Shown here: piece after piece, positions 18,401 through 25,011 of the stretch
Layout: every line of letters starts with the position of its first letter
Numbering within the stretch: position 1 is the first letter of the stretch
From: a virus
Lineage: Duplodnaviria > Caudoviricetes
Strand: one strand, 5' to 3'
Virus record (IMG/VR): IMGVR_UViG_3300034683_000619
Coordinates: 1 to 56,277 of that record
Length of the DNA stretch: 56,277 nucleotides
Position numbers and translations under genes: made by a program
Notes under the pieces: model-generated
Told to the model about the DNA's origin: nothing
Seen by the model: only the letters and a program-made list of their open reading frames with translations
Databases searched by the model: none

Positions 18401-20803
18401 TTCAGCGCGTTGCCATTCGTCCAGCTGCTCGCGAATGATCTGCCCGGTCAATTCTTTCTGGGTTCGAGCTTCGGCAAACCGGCGAACCATGGCGTCAAGG
18501 CTTTCGTAGCCCATTTCGTTGGCGAAATCATCTGGTTGGACAGTCCCGACCAAGCTGAGAATTCCAGGGTATCGCCGGTTGATCATGCCGATGGTGTCAC
18601 TGTCGTATGCCTCCCGCATGGCTTCCAGATTGAGTTTGCCACGCTTCTTGGCCTCGGCCATGTGCTGATACACAGGATCCGTCTTGACGATTTCCTGCGC
18701 TTGGCGGCTTGCAGACTGCTTGACCTCATCAGGGATATTCTCATCCTTCATCGCGGCATCGGACGCTGCCTCTCTCTCCCTGAGCGCCTTGATCTGTGTC
18801 TGCCGCCTCTGCGCCGCTCTCTCGCGTTGCACACGCTGCTCGAACGCGGCGGCCTCACGCTCGGTGATATTGCCCTGCGACTTTGGAACAGTTCCAATAG
18901 CCTGGTAGGATTCATTGAAGCGGGCAATGTCCTTCTCTCTCTGGATTTCAGCCTTGGTCTTCTTCGGAGCCTGCGGTGGCGGAGTATTCCTGGCGAGATT
19001 GTAGGCAGCCGCGGCGGTTTCCTGTGCGTCCCATTCCGCCTGCATCTTCCTGTCTTCGATCTCCTTGACCGTTGCGGGCTGCGCCGACATCCACGCCTGG
19101 CGATTCTCCGGGGTGTTATCTTCGTCGTTGTATGCCCGCATGAAGGCCTGCACGGCCGGTGAGGGTTTGCCCTCCTCTTCAGTTTCCGGCCTCACCTGCT
19201 GGTTCTTCTGCTGGTTGTAGGCGGTCGCGTCTCTGCTTTGCCGTGCCCATTCACCCTCCATCCGGTTATCATCGGTGAGGAGTCCGGCTGTTCCGCGGAT
19301 AAGCTCGGTACGGGCATCGTACAGCGGCTCGTTGTACCGCTTCTCCCACGCATCGATTGCGTGCTGCATCGGGGATACAACATCTGCAGGGGATTCCTGC
19401 TGATCTGGCTCTGGCTGTTGCCGGGCCAGCGGTTGATTGCGCCGCTGGTTGTAGGTAAGGGCCTGATCTGTCTGGTTTGCCCACTCCTCGGCCATGCGCG
19501 GGTCGTCAACCGGTGGCGGGACCGCGGCAGTAGCTGTCCCGTACAGTCCAGACTTCCCGATCAGCATGTCAGCGGCTTTGCTCAGTGGGCCTTTTGGCGC
19601 GCCGCTCTCCGGTGTGGCTGCTGATGCCGCGTCCGGGGTATATGCCGCCATGTCTGCGACGTGCACGTCAAGGGGGACGGGTTGGCCTGCGCTGATGTAG
19701 GTCATGGCGGTATCAAGCCATGTTTGCGCTATCTGCCTGTCGGTGGACTGTGCCAACGATCCGGCGACCTGTTTGGCTGCGTCTGCCCGTTCCTCGGCGG
19801 ATCCATCATTCAGCGCTTTGTAGGCCTGGTTGCGCTGGTATGCGGCATGTCCGCCAAGGGTGACACCCATACCGGTGGAAAGAAAGATGGCCGGGATAAT
19901 GGATTCCCGCATTGCCTCACCGGTGGACATTGTCGAGATACCAGCTTCTTTGTCGGCCTCGTTCTGGAAATAGGAGGTCCCGACCTCAGAGCCCACCTCA
20001 AATGGCATATACTTGGCCAACGCCTTGGCCAATGTTTTTACAACGCCAGGGTTTACCAGTTCTTTGAGAATCGCTTTCCCGCCCTTATACAAAGCATTCC
20101 CACCCGGAAGCGTCCTGAAAAAGATTGCCGCCGCTATGTCTCCAGCCCCTTCGCCGCCAGCCTCGGCGAGTGCATGGGTCATAGCGTTCTTGTGAGCAAT
20201 CTGATCTATCTGTTCGCCGTCGAGGTCCGGACGGGTTTCAGCCAATCTCTTGGCAGCATCCTCCTTTTGTTTACCGTATGTCCCCAGACCGAACAGTCCG
20301 AGCATAGTCCCTGCCCCGCCGATAATTCCACCAGCCAGTGCTCCGGCAGCGGTGCCAACTACGGGGACAACTGACCCAAGAGCCCCTCCAGCTGTGGCGC
20401 CGGCAGCAGCACCGCCCCATACCGCTGCGGATTGCGGGGTGGATTCCATAGCCGTGTTCCAGCCGCGCTTGACAATCCCTTCTTCCCCTGCGGCTTCGGA
20501 CTGGTCAGGACGAAGGATAGCATGTTGTTTGGGAAGCTCTTCGGTGAGGTAGTTCGACGCCTTCTTGAGCGTCTCGCTTCCTCCTACCGCCGTATCCAGT
20601 GCATGGACAGCAGAGTCGGCCAGTTCAACACCACCTCTGGCAAGGTGGGATACGGTGTCGCCGAGAAATGAGCGCTCCGCGACGGGTGACTCGTTCTCTA
20701 TCTCGTCAAATATCGCACCAAGTCCGGACCGCTGCGGCTGCTTTGCTGTTAGGGTTGTGGTGGATTCGTTTTCGATCTCTGCGAAGATGTCGGACAGTGC
20801 CAT
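6476..20803 (-). CDS. Giant polyvalent virion protein (4775 aa): DarB-like N6-adenine MTase + SNF2 helicase, zincin-like peptidase, ART-PolyVal-like and LPD38-like domains
   Basis: LEPSVGVGNF (~15645) and GNPPF (~15450); HAVGAGKT (~13350); DEAH (~12840); QREGRIIRQG (~11660); HEMGEH (~10165); YHGS..GFFF..YLKVENP..GHDGVI..FEPNQVKS (~9340-9715); helical C-terminal domain. Confidence 0.9.
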   Translation of the reverse strand: MALSDIFAEIENESTTTLTAKQPQRSGLGAIFDEIENESPVAERSFLGDTVSHLARGGVELADSAVHALDTAVGGSETLKKASNYLTEELPKQHAILRPDQSEAAGEEGIVKRGWNTAMESTPQSAAVWGGAAAGATAGGALGSVVPVVGTAAGALAGGIIGGAGTMLGLFGLGTYGKQKEDAAKRLAETRPDLDGEQIDQIAHKNAMTHALAEAGGEGAGDIAAAIFFRTLPGGNALYKGGKAILKELVNPGVVKTLAKALAKYMPFEVGSEVGTSYFQNEADKEAGISTMSTGEAMRESIIPAIFLSTGMGVTLGGHAAYQRNQAYKALNDGSAEERADAAKQVAGSLAQSTDRQIAQTWLDTAMTYISAGQPVPLDVHVADMAAYTPDAASAATPESGAPKGPLSKAADMLIGKSGLYGTATAAVPPPVDDPRMAEEWANQTDQALTYNQRRNQPLARQQPEPDQQESPADVVSPMQHAIDAWEKRYNEPLYDARTELIRGTAGLLTDDNRMEGEWARQSRDATAYNQQKNQQVRPETEEEGKPSPAVQAFMRAYNDEDNTPENRQAWMSAQPATVKEIEDRKMQAEWDAQETAAAAYNLARNTPPPQAPKKTKAEIQREKDIARFNESYQAIGTVPKSQGNITEREAAAFEQRVQRERAAQRRQTQIKALREREAASDAAMKDENIPDEVKQSASRQAQEIVKTDPVYQHMAEAKKRGKLNLEAMREAYDSDTIGMINRRYPGILSLVGTVQPDDFANEMGYESLDAMVRRFAEARTQKELTGQIIREQLDEWQRAESEQGDYFDRMAERQEGARAWKGNTYATTRAGSVFPAPDEAVSGMEDLIRRRPESFTEEDLDHWTYTAEQRSRLRAAHREALSGLKTSYNNEDKQQSVSDVAINATNQAESLPRNLGATRPAEITGQTEAFLRNQQVRQTLSQNETNLVSPASDTSGFLRDQQIRRDAVGTEKAPLTRQPGESLGAFLQRRRAEREKEDQAKAQTTPEANLKADLPGAETATAPAQAEASLPARSQSIEQELAATSDEDLVAMLDDVFGEEEQPVQAKTPTKQRLTAKEKFASDIERKGAATDQAGKGFKIVSSPSDDGSFVLEVVDNNGNRNTIGRPYPPGFGFSRQEVISRAIEMAVFTKPKDNDTQQQGEQPRYIVREDQRTANVGDLVLMGSRLVRVTKIWRDESTDQWMLSVVNTHVRGKDRLWAQKPGKTDQQFTRSEFIRHTGVWPAMEATPRPQEEKKQGWQNVTVTGMSSELAFAKRYEQWVNDGMEGEGPPPPQFLDGAMLVNFVAKVHAAAIDKAQTGQPKAPANPEQQGDNDPTFIVHSLQTGQREEVKTSGLERTPKKTASQITKEGGIAALEGVKSAMEGLSQLFGGKNRLGSGLTFDEETYTQAKPHFVKAWNDAKQVGYSLKELIQYLHDQFGKAIRPYLQRFLADVKAGDLTVIEKASTINQVDKKQEQPRGGQDDNIGSAGAESDGQSLRQDGQAVEGAGDRPLVSVAAEVRSGSGQAEPPADRGTGRSGKGKRGNQGTHGVRVPASRGRRGRSPKIHPEPPGTASDSRNGGSGPLTDAPATIPAKNFVITDEVNLGQGGQVQKYRDNIEAIRTLKKLWSEQRRATPDEQRILARYVGWGGIPNAFRNAVTGEVKEDWQARVEELEGLLTAAELETARNSTQNAHYTSGTVVSAMWDALQHLGFKGGLTLEPSVGVGNFIGLVPQELSGSTKFVAAEFDGITAGIAQALYPQEGIFHTPFEKLPLPSGSFDLVIGNPPFGQTSLSFPHLPAINRHSIHNQFFLAGLEALKPGGIQAFVVSRYLMDSKDATVRKEIAKQAELLAAVRLPQSAFKGNALTDVVTDIIILRKPGYTQNAEGKTVREPLPAQPSWLDTVEVVDRMTGEPMTVNAHFAARADMIIGTMDRSGSMRREGDITVHYDGKDFRGDLSKALRTALPKGIMSTQSTTEVSGHRFKTMVDALEIALSGAEEGSISIDQQTGKLMMVREMKMTDSGSYILSRVELTPETPWSNKLTLQDDGTWTEEVDQVDGQGNKVKVGRLNAKEIKRYTDSEVPVHYRLGKLDHQRLTDAVKLLATLKKQILLETSPESVDRDIEANRKELKQQYDAFLKQHKYHLSSAPIARLLASMPDGALVLSLEEAYAKPISKQQAKKLGREPREASADLAAIMSRRVIFPYRAPEKTSDPQDALAITLSETGRVDLETIAELMGKDEQGVIAELHDNRDEPLIYRNPETGAWETADEYLGGNVAQKLNAASTEGLEKNIAALEKIQPEPWGADKVTVMPGATWVPESVYADFLTHLTGSRSTVRFGRASNTFSVYGDDSTGTAKQWNTPHRGVSLLFEALLNSKSIRVNTKDSDGNVTFDADATELAKAKVEEIKEEFSTWVFKDSERRKLLVDLFNKKFNVRVNRQRNGQHLQFPGKVPDQVISLRRHQKNGIWRGIVDRFVLYDHAVGAGKTFTGIARAIERRRMGLSRKPMIVVPNHLVEQFAADVYRLYPGARVLAASKKDLEKSKRRRLFARIATGDWDVVIVPHSSFAFIGIDPVTEARYLEAELETAEAAVREAEEQAIEDGFNGPRKPLTVKQAEALRDKIVERLRKLQDRASDKDRLLTFEQMGVDDLTVDEAHEFKNLFYSSNMQARGMNPRAGSAKAYDLWLKVRVLRETGGSVAFMTGTPISNSAVEMYGLMRYLAADELQDMGLDHFDAWRAQFVDATTEYEPTESGRGLKEVNRLGRDWSNMRALMDLYYSFADSVTNDDIKRWYREDKGRDFPIPRVRGGGRVSVNVQPTPAQENELQQIVAGFEALPDERDVTERNRKRLRLMDQARKVSLDVRAVNPRAQGEPGGKLDVAAQRVYDIYKQWEKDRGTQLVFLDRSVPKAQGDRKILAAYDALREKLAEAERAGDEAAEQRALDALEKYDTNEMEELRIAQAGGWNGYQHLKDSLVSMGIPANEIRFVQEANTDEQKQALFDEVNAGAVRVLIGSTPRMGAGTNVQERLVALHHIDVTWKPSDIEQREGRIIRQGNKLLQKYGLENFEVEILAYTTETTIDAKLWSLNATKLRMINGIRQYKGEFNMEFDDEDSVGMAEIAAIASGNPLQLERVKLDAEIKKLTRQQRAFDRQQWGVKDEADRLANIVETYPGLIAVHEELAPKVTTAIDQAERNAAQRSITIDGKVFGFDSLRQAGADNNPFRYVLEKYDEAKKDNGKFSVNIDGEETRSKQKAENLIDEKLGDALVFDMMVNGELVISRNAARRAIADLANQAMDGKPDDMGEVKVGTVIVNGIEFDLSVETETGRDRRGEPTKEVFFYFEAEVPREDGQAPFRINVTEKGTVIRVSNKVNLNSLDKLFTEVNRKTRNIPGNVQLLQESLDIAKRDLDPTRARASAEFSKADELKRMRERLVEVERELAGTESGQTTGAQLSVTTTVPTENRADIEAELRTSLGGIRTRRLLKPGRVVIIDSQEEMRGVIDSSKTASVKYSKSGSIQGAYVNGTAYLVRDGIEKGQTFPVLLHEMGEHAGRLGFTDDAEYQTILGSLKKRSKVNGIVGDAIRAAMARVPENTKPEHYWSEVAAYLVEDNANTKLSIVDRILSFFRKLLIKAGITSPDTLSHKDLVIFARAAVNAASGGNAAQSAMLSVREMFKSVDPNSPALKRFLGDSQITEPVYHGSPETFWTFDTNKVGQKTHSPGAGLGFFFAMDPNYSRGYAGIDGANRAFYLKVENPKRMQAHQLPNLRTVEEAKAHAKRLQLAGHDGVILEDEGHVVVFEPNQVKSAEINTGEFDADNPDVRYSVAGGLTGNGTGPAWQTPQDSKRDTFLYSVQDKLIDLKRIQDNIEQELGPISEEHDVRMAEELYHKRAAKRTEDMLISEVNPLMKELGEIQGGDLSEFEEYMHALHAPEANESLRLRNPNEEELAALKEQAKADRDRLQESAVVQRFIQKERELATAERDVETGDADDSLLLVVREELNRLREEPIIEQYVKARERHRKIRHAKPFLGDNTTLSGMSNEAAEQVLANLPVERRRQYQELAKKWQRFIAKTRATLVQYELEGREVVEAWAEAFEHYVPLHREDMDNGTGIGQGFSVKGSATRARTGSNRKVVDILAHIVMQREKAIVRGEKAAISKALYGLAAANPNPDVWTIETPPMVREFDPVTGLVISRPDPGYKNKPNAVVHRFVNENGHIEERAVLFNERSERGIRLAEALKNLDVEQLGTILRTSAMLTRWFSAVNTQYNLVFGPVNAIRDAGAALLNLTNTPLAGRQKQVAKRIATSIGPLFKAIWADAKGQPLNTEIGRAWREMQLEGGTTGFRDMFEDADARAKDLKRAMLSTAASKAADRFNWVKQQVSLYNDVMENASRLAVYMEARSQGLSRKRAASLAKNITLNFNRKGKVATQAGAMYAFFNAAVQGTEKLYRTLRGPAGKKILAGGLLLGASQAVLLAAAGFGDDEPKDFIKERSIIVPIGNKKYATIPMPLGFNVIPNLARVATEWALSGGERTGERVASILSSFAETFNPVGNAGFSVQTIAPTVIDPLIALSENKDWTGKNIALPNFNPLKPTPGHSRMKDTASAIGVGLSRALNFLTGGNEYTPGLLSPTPDQIDYLIGQALGGVGRESLKAMQTAGSAFTGEDLPTYKIPLVSRFYGDSADSSATSTAFYRNIKQLNMHAAEVEGLRENRGDVRQYMADNPEARLIGRAAVTYRRVQKLQKMRRDLLRKGGEKERVKHVEARIRSTMDSLNKMME
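16051..16359 (-). CDS. Nested out-of-frame gene, TnpV-like (102 aa)
   Basis: AGAGGGGGG RBS and own promoter; YG..HW..RP..L..L..A..EAEEVV..YI pattern; the host frame here is a low-complexity linker. Confidence 0.7.
   Translation of the reverse strand: MITSAAQARKAMGSPYGKTVKQLKELAIDHWYQWRPKFVRDLVKQNRLQTVALAAAEKASAEIRELMEYGYQLHEAEEVVLPKYILSPPEPQVIAEMEDPDR
16391..16432 (-). promoter_or_regulatory. Internal sigma-70 promoter with an overlapping inverted repeat
   Basis: TTGACC(16432-16427)-N17-TACAAT(16409-16404); ATCTAC-N10-GTAGAT at 16391-16412. Confidence 0.65.
17950..17998. repeat. Twin palindromes (GAGACAA-ggt-TTGTCTC, 22-bp period) flanked by CAGGTG/CACCTG
   Basis: caggtgagacaaggtttgtctcgttttgagacaaggtttgtcgcacctg. 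Confidence 0.8.
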
Positions 20804-20816
20804 ATCGAGAACCTTA

Positions 20817-22121
20817 TCAGTTGGGATATTGAGCTTTGAGTGCGTTATATACTTCCGGATCGCTGGCCTTGAGCTGCAGTAGGTATTCCTTCTGTGCGGC
20901 TGGATCAGATTCTAATGCCTCAAGTTCGTTGGCGTACTTCGGGTCAAGAGCCGGCCCCCTTTGCTTCAGATCGCCGGTCTGTTTGTTGTAGATGTCCTCG
21001 CCAATTTTCGTCCCCTGATCATCGTACTTGCCAATAGTGCCATATTGGGCTTCACGTTCAAACTTGCCGATCATGGCGCGGTACTTGGCCTCGTTCTCTG
21101 GCGTTGGATTCTGCATGTAAGCATCTCGGGCTGCTTGAAGAGTTTTCGCTTGTTCAATCTCCATCTGCCCCTTCTGCTGATTCAATGCCTCAGTCCCGAT
21201 ACGGGCCTCGTTTAAGGCCAAATCGCCGGTGAGACGCTGGCGGGCGAGTGAAGTTTCCTGTCCAGCCCTTTTGTCCTGAAGCTGCGCCCGGTAATTGGCC
21301 CCTTGCTCCTGATTTTTGCTATTCATCGCAGACGTTACTGCACGGACATAATCACCATACGCGGCAGCGTTTGCCCGATCCGCTTCTGCCCTTGACTTCC
21401 AACCGCTCCCACCAGTTGCCCTCGGTGGCGGCGCGATAAGCGGCATGGATGAACCCTGCGGTGGCTTGTAACTGAAACGTTCGTCATAAGGGTTGTTTTG
21501 ATCGAAGGGGTTGGCCTTTTGATAGTTTCTGGCTCGGTACTCGTTGTACTCAGGTGAATTATAGTCCACCTTGCCGACCGCTCCCAAGAACCGCTGTGCG
21601 GCATCAGCAGTCGGGCCGGCCAGTGCCTGCCGGGCAGTAGAGCCGCCCGGACGCACCGTCATCTTATAGTACCCGTCCTGCCCTTGGGTGCCCATAGTGT
21701 AGACCTTGCTCCCGTCCGCCATGGGCTGATAGCCGATACCGCTGGCAAGACGCGTCACCGGGTTAACTGGTGAGGTGTTCGGCGGGGCGACCGTCGGCTG
21801 CACTCGGTTGCGTGTCAGATTGGTTATGGCCGGATTTTCCAGTCCCGGCTTGCGCAGCATTCCAGGTCCGCTGGCAGCTGCCTGCTGTTGCGATGCTGCT
21901 GGCATTGATGCCGGCGTCCCTGCCAACTGCTGCCGCGCCTGAACGTTAGCGGGACTGGCGGTGCTCGTGGCGCCTGCTCCGGTTCTCAAACCACCTTCGC
22001 CAAACCACGGCTTAACCGGCTCCACCGGCCTCCCGGCCAAGGAATTCACCACATTGCGCGCATGGCCCCCGAGGTACTCGACAGCCCTTTTATTGAAATC
22101 GTCCTGGTTGTTTTGTGCCAT
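20817..22121 (-). CDS. Putative internal virion/DNA ejection protein (434 aa)
   Basis: Q/A/G-rich and partly coiled-coil; lies directly upstream of the giant protein, as in podoviruses. Confidence 0.7.
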   Translation of the reverse strand: MAQNNQDDFNKRAVEYLGGHARNVVNSLAGRPVEPVKPWFGEGGLRTGAGATSTASPANVQARQQLAGTPASMPAASQQQAAASGPGMLRKPGLENPAITNLTRNRVQPTVAPPNTSPVNPVTRLASGIGYQPMADGSKVYTMGTQGQDGYYKMTVRPGGSTARQALAGPTADAAQRFLGAVGKVDYNSPEYNEYRARNYQKANPFDQNNPYDERFSYKPPQGSSMPLIAPPPRATGGSGWKSRAEADRANAAAYGDYVRAVTSAMNSKNQEQGANYRAQLQDKRAGQETSLARQRLTGDLALNEARIGTEALNQQKGQMEIEQAKTLQAARDAYMQNPTPENEAKYRAMIGKFEREAQYGTIGKYDDQGTKIGEDIYNKQTGDLKQRGPALDPKYANELEALESDPAAQKEYLLQLKASDPEVYNALKAQYPN

Positions 22122-22155
22122 GCTGCACCTTCAAGTAAAAAATGAAATTGTTGAT

Positions 22156-22193
22156 TTATGATACCATATTATGGTATTTTTTTCATATCATAA
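22156..22193. promoter_or_regulatory. AT-rich intergenic palindrome, possible operator
   Basis: ATACCATA-t-TATGGTAT at 22161-22177, plus TTATGATA...TATCATAA. Confidence 0.45.
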
Positions 22194-22204
22194 CATGGAG
22201 CAAT

Positions 22205-22648
22205 TTACCGGCGACCTGAATGCAGCACAACCGGCAGGGCCTGCACCGAATAGAGCGAAAAAAAGGCACCGCCGACGTTCTCAATACTCCATGCCCAATA
22301 GCGGCCTTTATGCGCCCGCGAGATCGGCACGCAAACACGCATATCTCCGTCACAGTCCACCCGGTATTCCCCAGCCAACACATCGTCACAGTAGACCCTG
22401 AGAAGAAGCTGCCCGGTTGCGTACAACCAAAAATAAAAGAACCGGAACCGCTTCATGGCCGGCGTACCCAGGTCAAACAAACCTGATCGTATCATCGCCG
22501 GTATTTCCACACCATTGTCAGATGTTCCGCACATCCGATATAAACCGCTCGATGTCGCTCCGACAAAGGTATTACCAATCCTGCACATGGAATTGAATCG
22601 GGCAGTGGTCTGGGTCGCTGCCCTGTTTTTCAGGTTAAGTTCAAGCAT
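22205..22648 (-). CDS. Hypothetical virion protein (147 aa)
   Basis: AGGAG RBS; beta-rich; lies in the tail module. Confidence 0.75.
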   Translation of the reverse strand: MLELNLKNRAATQTTARFNSMCRIGNTFVGATSSGLYRMCGTSDNGVEIPAMIRSGLFDLGTPAMKRFRFFYFWLYATGQLLLRVYCDDVLAGEYRVDCDGDMRVCVPISRAHKGRYWAWSIENVGGAFFSLYSVQALPVVLHSGRR

Positions 22649-22651
22649 TGG

Positions 22652-24334
22652 TCACTCCTGGAGCATGTCGATTCGCGGATCGTATGGGACAAGGTAGAGT
22701 TTGGGCTTTTTAAGGACATGATCAGTCCTTCGGCTCTGATCGTATTCACCAACCGGGCAAACCGCGCTATACATTGCAGCGAGTGCCGATTCTATTACGC
22801 CGACAGAATTGAATAGCCCTGTTTCTCGGTCACTATGTCGTAAATCAATACTGGTCGCTTCAATGACATAAACATCACGCTCGGCAGTGAGCCAAGATGT
22901 CCACTCGCCAGCAAGGTAAGGAAACAGGAAACTTGACACAGGATCATACGCATCAAGAAGCACATCGTCAGAGTGTGTGGTTGCACCCCTATACTCTTTT
23001 CGCGAGGTTTCAAAATATGATGTCGTAACCCTGACACTCCAATACACATCGAACAGATTGTTTTTGCAGAAATCAACCTCCCTGTCCGTGACAAATGGAT
23101 ATCGTATCAAGCTATCAACAACCCAATCACCACGACGCTTACACTCTGTCACCCAAACATTATACTGGCTGTTCCAGGTCTTGTTATTGACAAGAAGTTC
23201 ACCGTTCTCCATGTTGGCGACCCACTCAGATGTCCATAGCACTTGGTCTGAAACGCTGCCGAACAGGCTGTGCTCTTTGGTGAGTGAATACTTGTTGTCC
23301 CGGTCAGCAAGAATTTCGCTCCCGTACCAATCGTAATAGTCGACATACCCCCAAGACATTTCCCTGTATTTGTCATTGATGGGGCAGAACGCGCCAAGAT
23401 GGTTTGTGCCCTGGTAGACAAACTCTTCATTGTCAGAGGGGCTGAATATGTTCCGTGTGGTGATGGTTATAGTCGCACCAGTGTCACGATCCTGAAAGCT
23501 GATATCACCATTGATGGACCCGAACCTGTTTAATGGGTATTCCGGGTCAGGCTTTGGAAACTGATTGTCCGTTGACCAATTGTTCACGGACAAAGATTTG
23601 AAACAGTCGCCAGATCCGACCTCAACCGACCGACCGAGGAAGGCCCCAATAAGCGCGAACCCCTCTGCAACATCGTCTCCGGAAAACAAGGCCTGAACTT
23701 TTGGCAGGCACCATTCACCCTCACTATCCAATGATGGTACGAACGCTGGCCCACCTGAAACCAAATCGACAAGCATGACAGCCGATGTTACATCGCCAGC
23801 GTTAGAGGTGTAGTACGTCTCAAGCAGCATGAACGGACGATAGGTGGGGAACGCTTTTTCTGTAGGTTCCTGAATATAGTTTGACACATCTGTTTGATAT
23901 ATAATCTGAATCGGACCAGATGGAGGGGAGAAACAACGCTGTACACCAATAACAGCGTGAACAACAAGCTCCATTGTCTCGGCGTCAATGGATGTGAGCG
24001 CCGAGACGTAGCTTGATGATGCTTCGTCAACTCCTGGGAACGGAAACATCAGGGAGGCATCCTTGAAATAATCCTTCAACTGTGCGTGTTCGGCCCCCTT
24101 GAGCATGGCCAATCTGGCCCCGACATCGGTATGAATCCATACCGGCACCGCGTCGTACTGCACCCCGTCAAGCACGATGTCGATATGCTGCCGGTCAGCG
24201 ATGCCAATCACACGCGCCTTTTTCACGCAGCAGTTGCTCAGTTGCTCCTCAGTCAGGCCAATACTTGCCAGATACTTGAAACATCCAGATTCTTGTGCCG
24301 GGAAATTCGGCACGGAGATTTCAAAGTCGCTCAA
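22652..24334 (-). CDS. Hypothetical protein (560 aa), variable tail-region gene
   Basis: TTG start overlapping the upstream stop; long open frame; visibly more AT-rich than its neighbours. Confidence 0.75.
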   Translation of the reverse strand: MSDFEISVPNFPAQESGCFKYLASIGLTEEQLSNCCVKKARVIGIADRQHIDIVLDGVQYDAVPVWIHTDVGARLAMLKGAEHAQLKDYFKDASLMFPFPGVDEASSSYVSALTSIDAETMELVVHAVIGVQRCFSPPSGPIQIIYQTDVSNYIQEPTEKAFPTYRPFMLLETYYTSNAGDVTSAVMLVDLVSGGPAFVPSLDSEGEWCLPKVQALFSGDDVAEGFALIGAFLGRSVEVGSGDCFKSLSVNNWSTDNQFPKPDPEYPLNRFGSINGDISFQDRDTGATITITTRNIFSPSDNEEFVYQGTNHLGAFCPINDKYREMSWGYVDYYDWYGSEILADRDNKYSLTKEHSLFGSVSDQVLWTSEWVANMENGELLVNNKTWNSQYNVWVTECKRRGDWVVDSLIRYPFVTDREVDFCKNNLFDVYWSVRVTTSYFETSRKEYRGATTHSDDVLLDAYDPVSSFLFPYLAGEWTSWLTAERDVYVIEATSIDLRHSDRETGLFNSVGVIESALAAMYSAVCPVGEYDQSRRTDHVLKKPKLYLVPYDPRIDMLQE

Positions 24335-25011
24335 TCAACCACCTCCATCTCTGGCCCATATTTCCACAGCTTCATGCTGGGTAGTATGTGCAACGGGGAA
24401 ATCATCAGCTTGTCAAACCGTGGGTTGCTCAATAAGCAAGGTCGGTCACAATCCAGGGGATATTCCCATTCCTCCATCTCTGTTGCCATGGTCACAAGCA
24501 CGAATTGCCCTACTGCATAACGACCGAAGTTGGCATCCAAAACATCTTGGCAGAGAACGAACTGCTTCCCTGCACACACAGCGACATCGTAGGCAAACCT
24601 AACCGACCGCAAATTCTCCAGGTACGACGCAAGCCTGGTGGCAAATTGCTCTGACGTTTCTTCCATCTCCAGCCCGGTCTCGGGGTTTATCCCTTGCATT
24701 GGCTCGGTTGGCTTGACCACCTTGACCACCCCAAAGGAGAAATGAGGAAAACAAAAACACTCTCGGGTCTGCACGGTCCTTGTCGAACGGCAGGGTTCGC
24801 CGGCAATGATTTCGACCGTACGCATTCCAAATACCTTTGAGCACTTAATCAGGGCGCCGGGATACGGTTCAAACTGCATGGCAAGTTGTTGAAGACCGCG
24901 CAAGCGCATCATGTTCTCTAAGATCAACATAGCTTGCTTGGCGCGGCCAATAAGTGCTTCGCATCTGTCTCGGTCGCCGCGAAAGAGTATGCGGCGCGGT
25001 GATCCTATCAT
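24331..25011 (-). CDS. Hypothetical phage protein (226 aa)
   Basis: ATGA overlap; co-oriented with the module. Confidence 0.75.
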   Translation of the reverse strand: MIGSPRRILFRGDRDRCEALIGRAKQAMLILENMMRLRGLQQLAMQFEPYPGALIKCSKVFGMRTVEIIAGEPCRSTRTVQTRECFCFPHFSFGVVKVVKPTEPMQGINPETGLEMEETSEQFATRLASYLENLRSVRFAYDVAVCAGKQFVLCQDVLDANFGRYAVGQFVLVTMATEMEEWEYPLDCDRPCLLSNPRFDKLMISPLHILPSMKLWKYGPEMEVVD

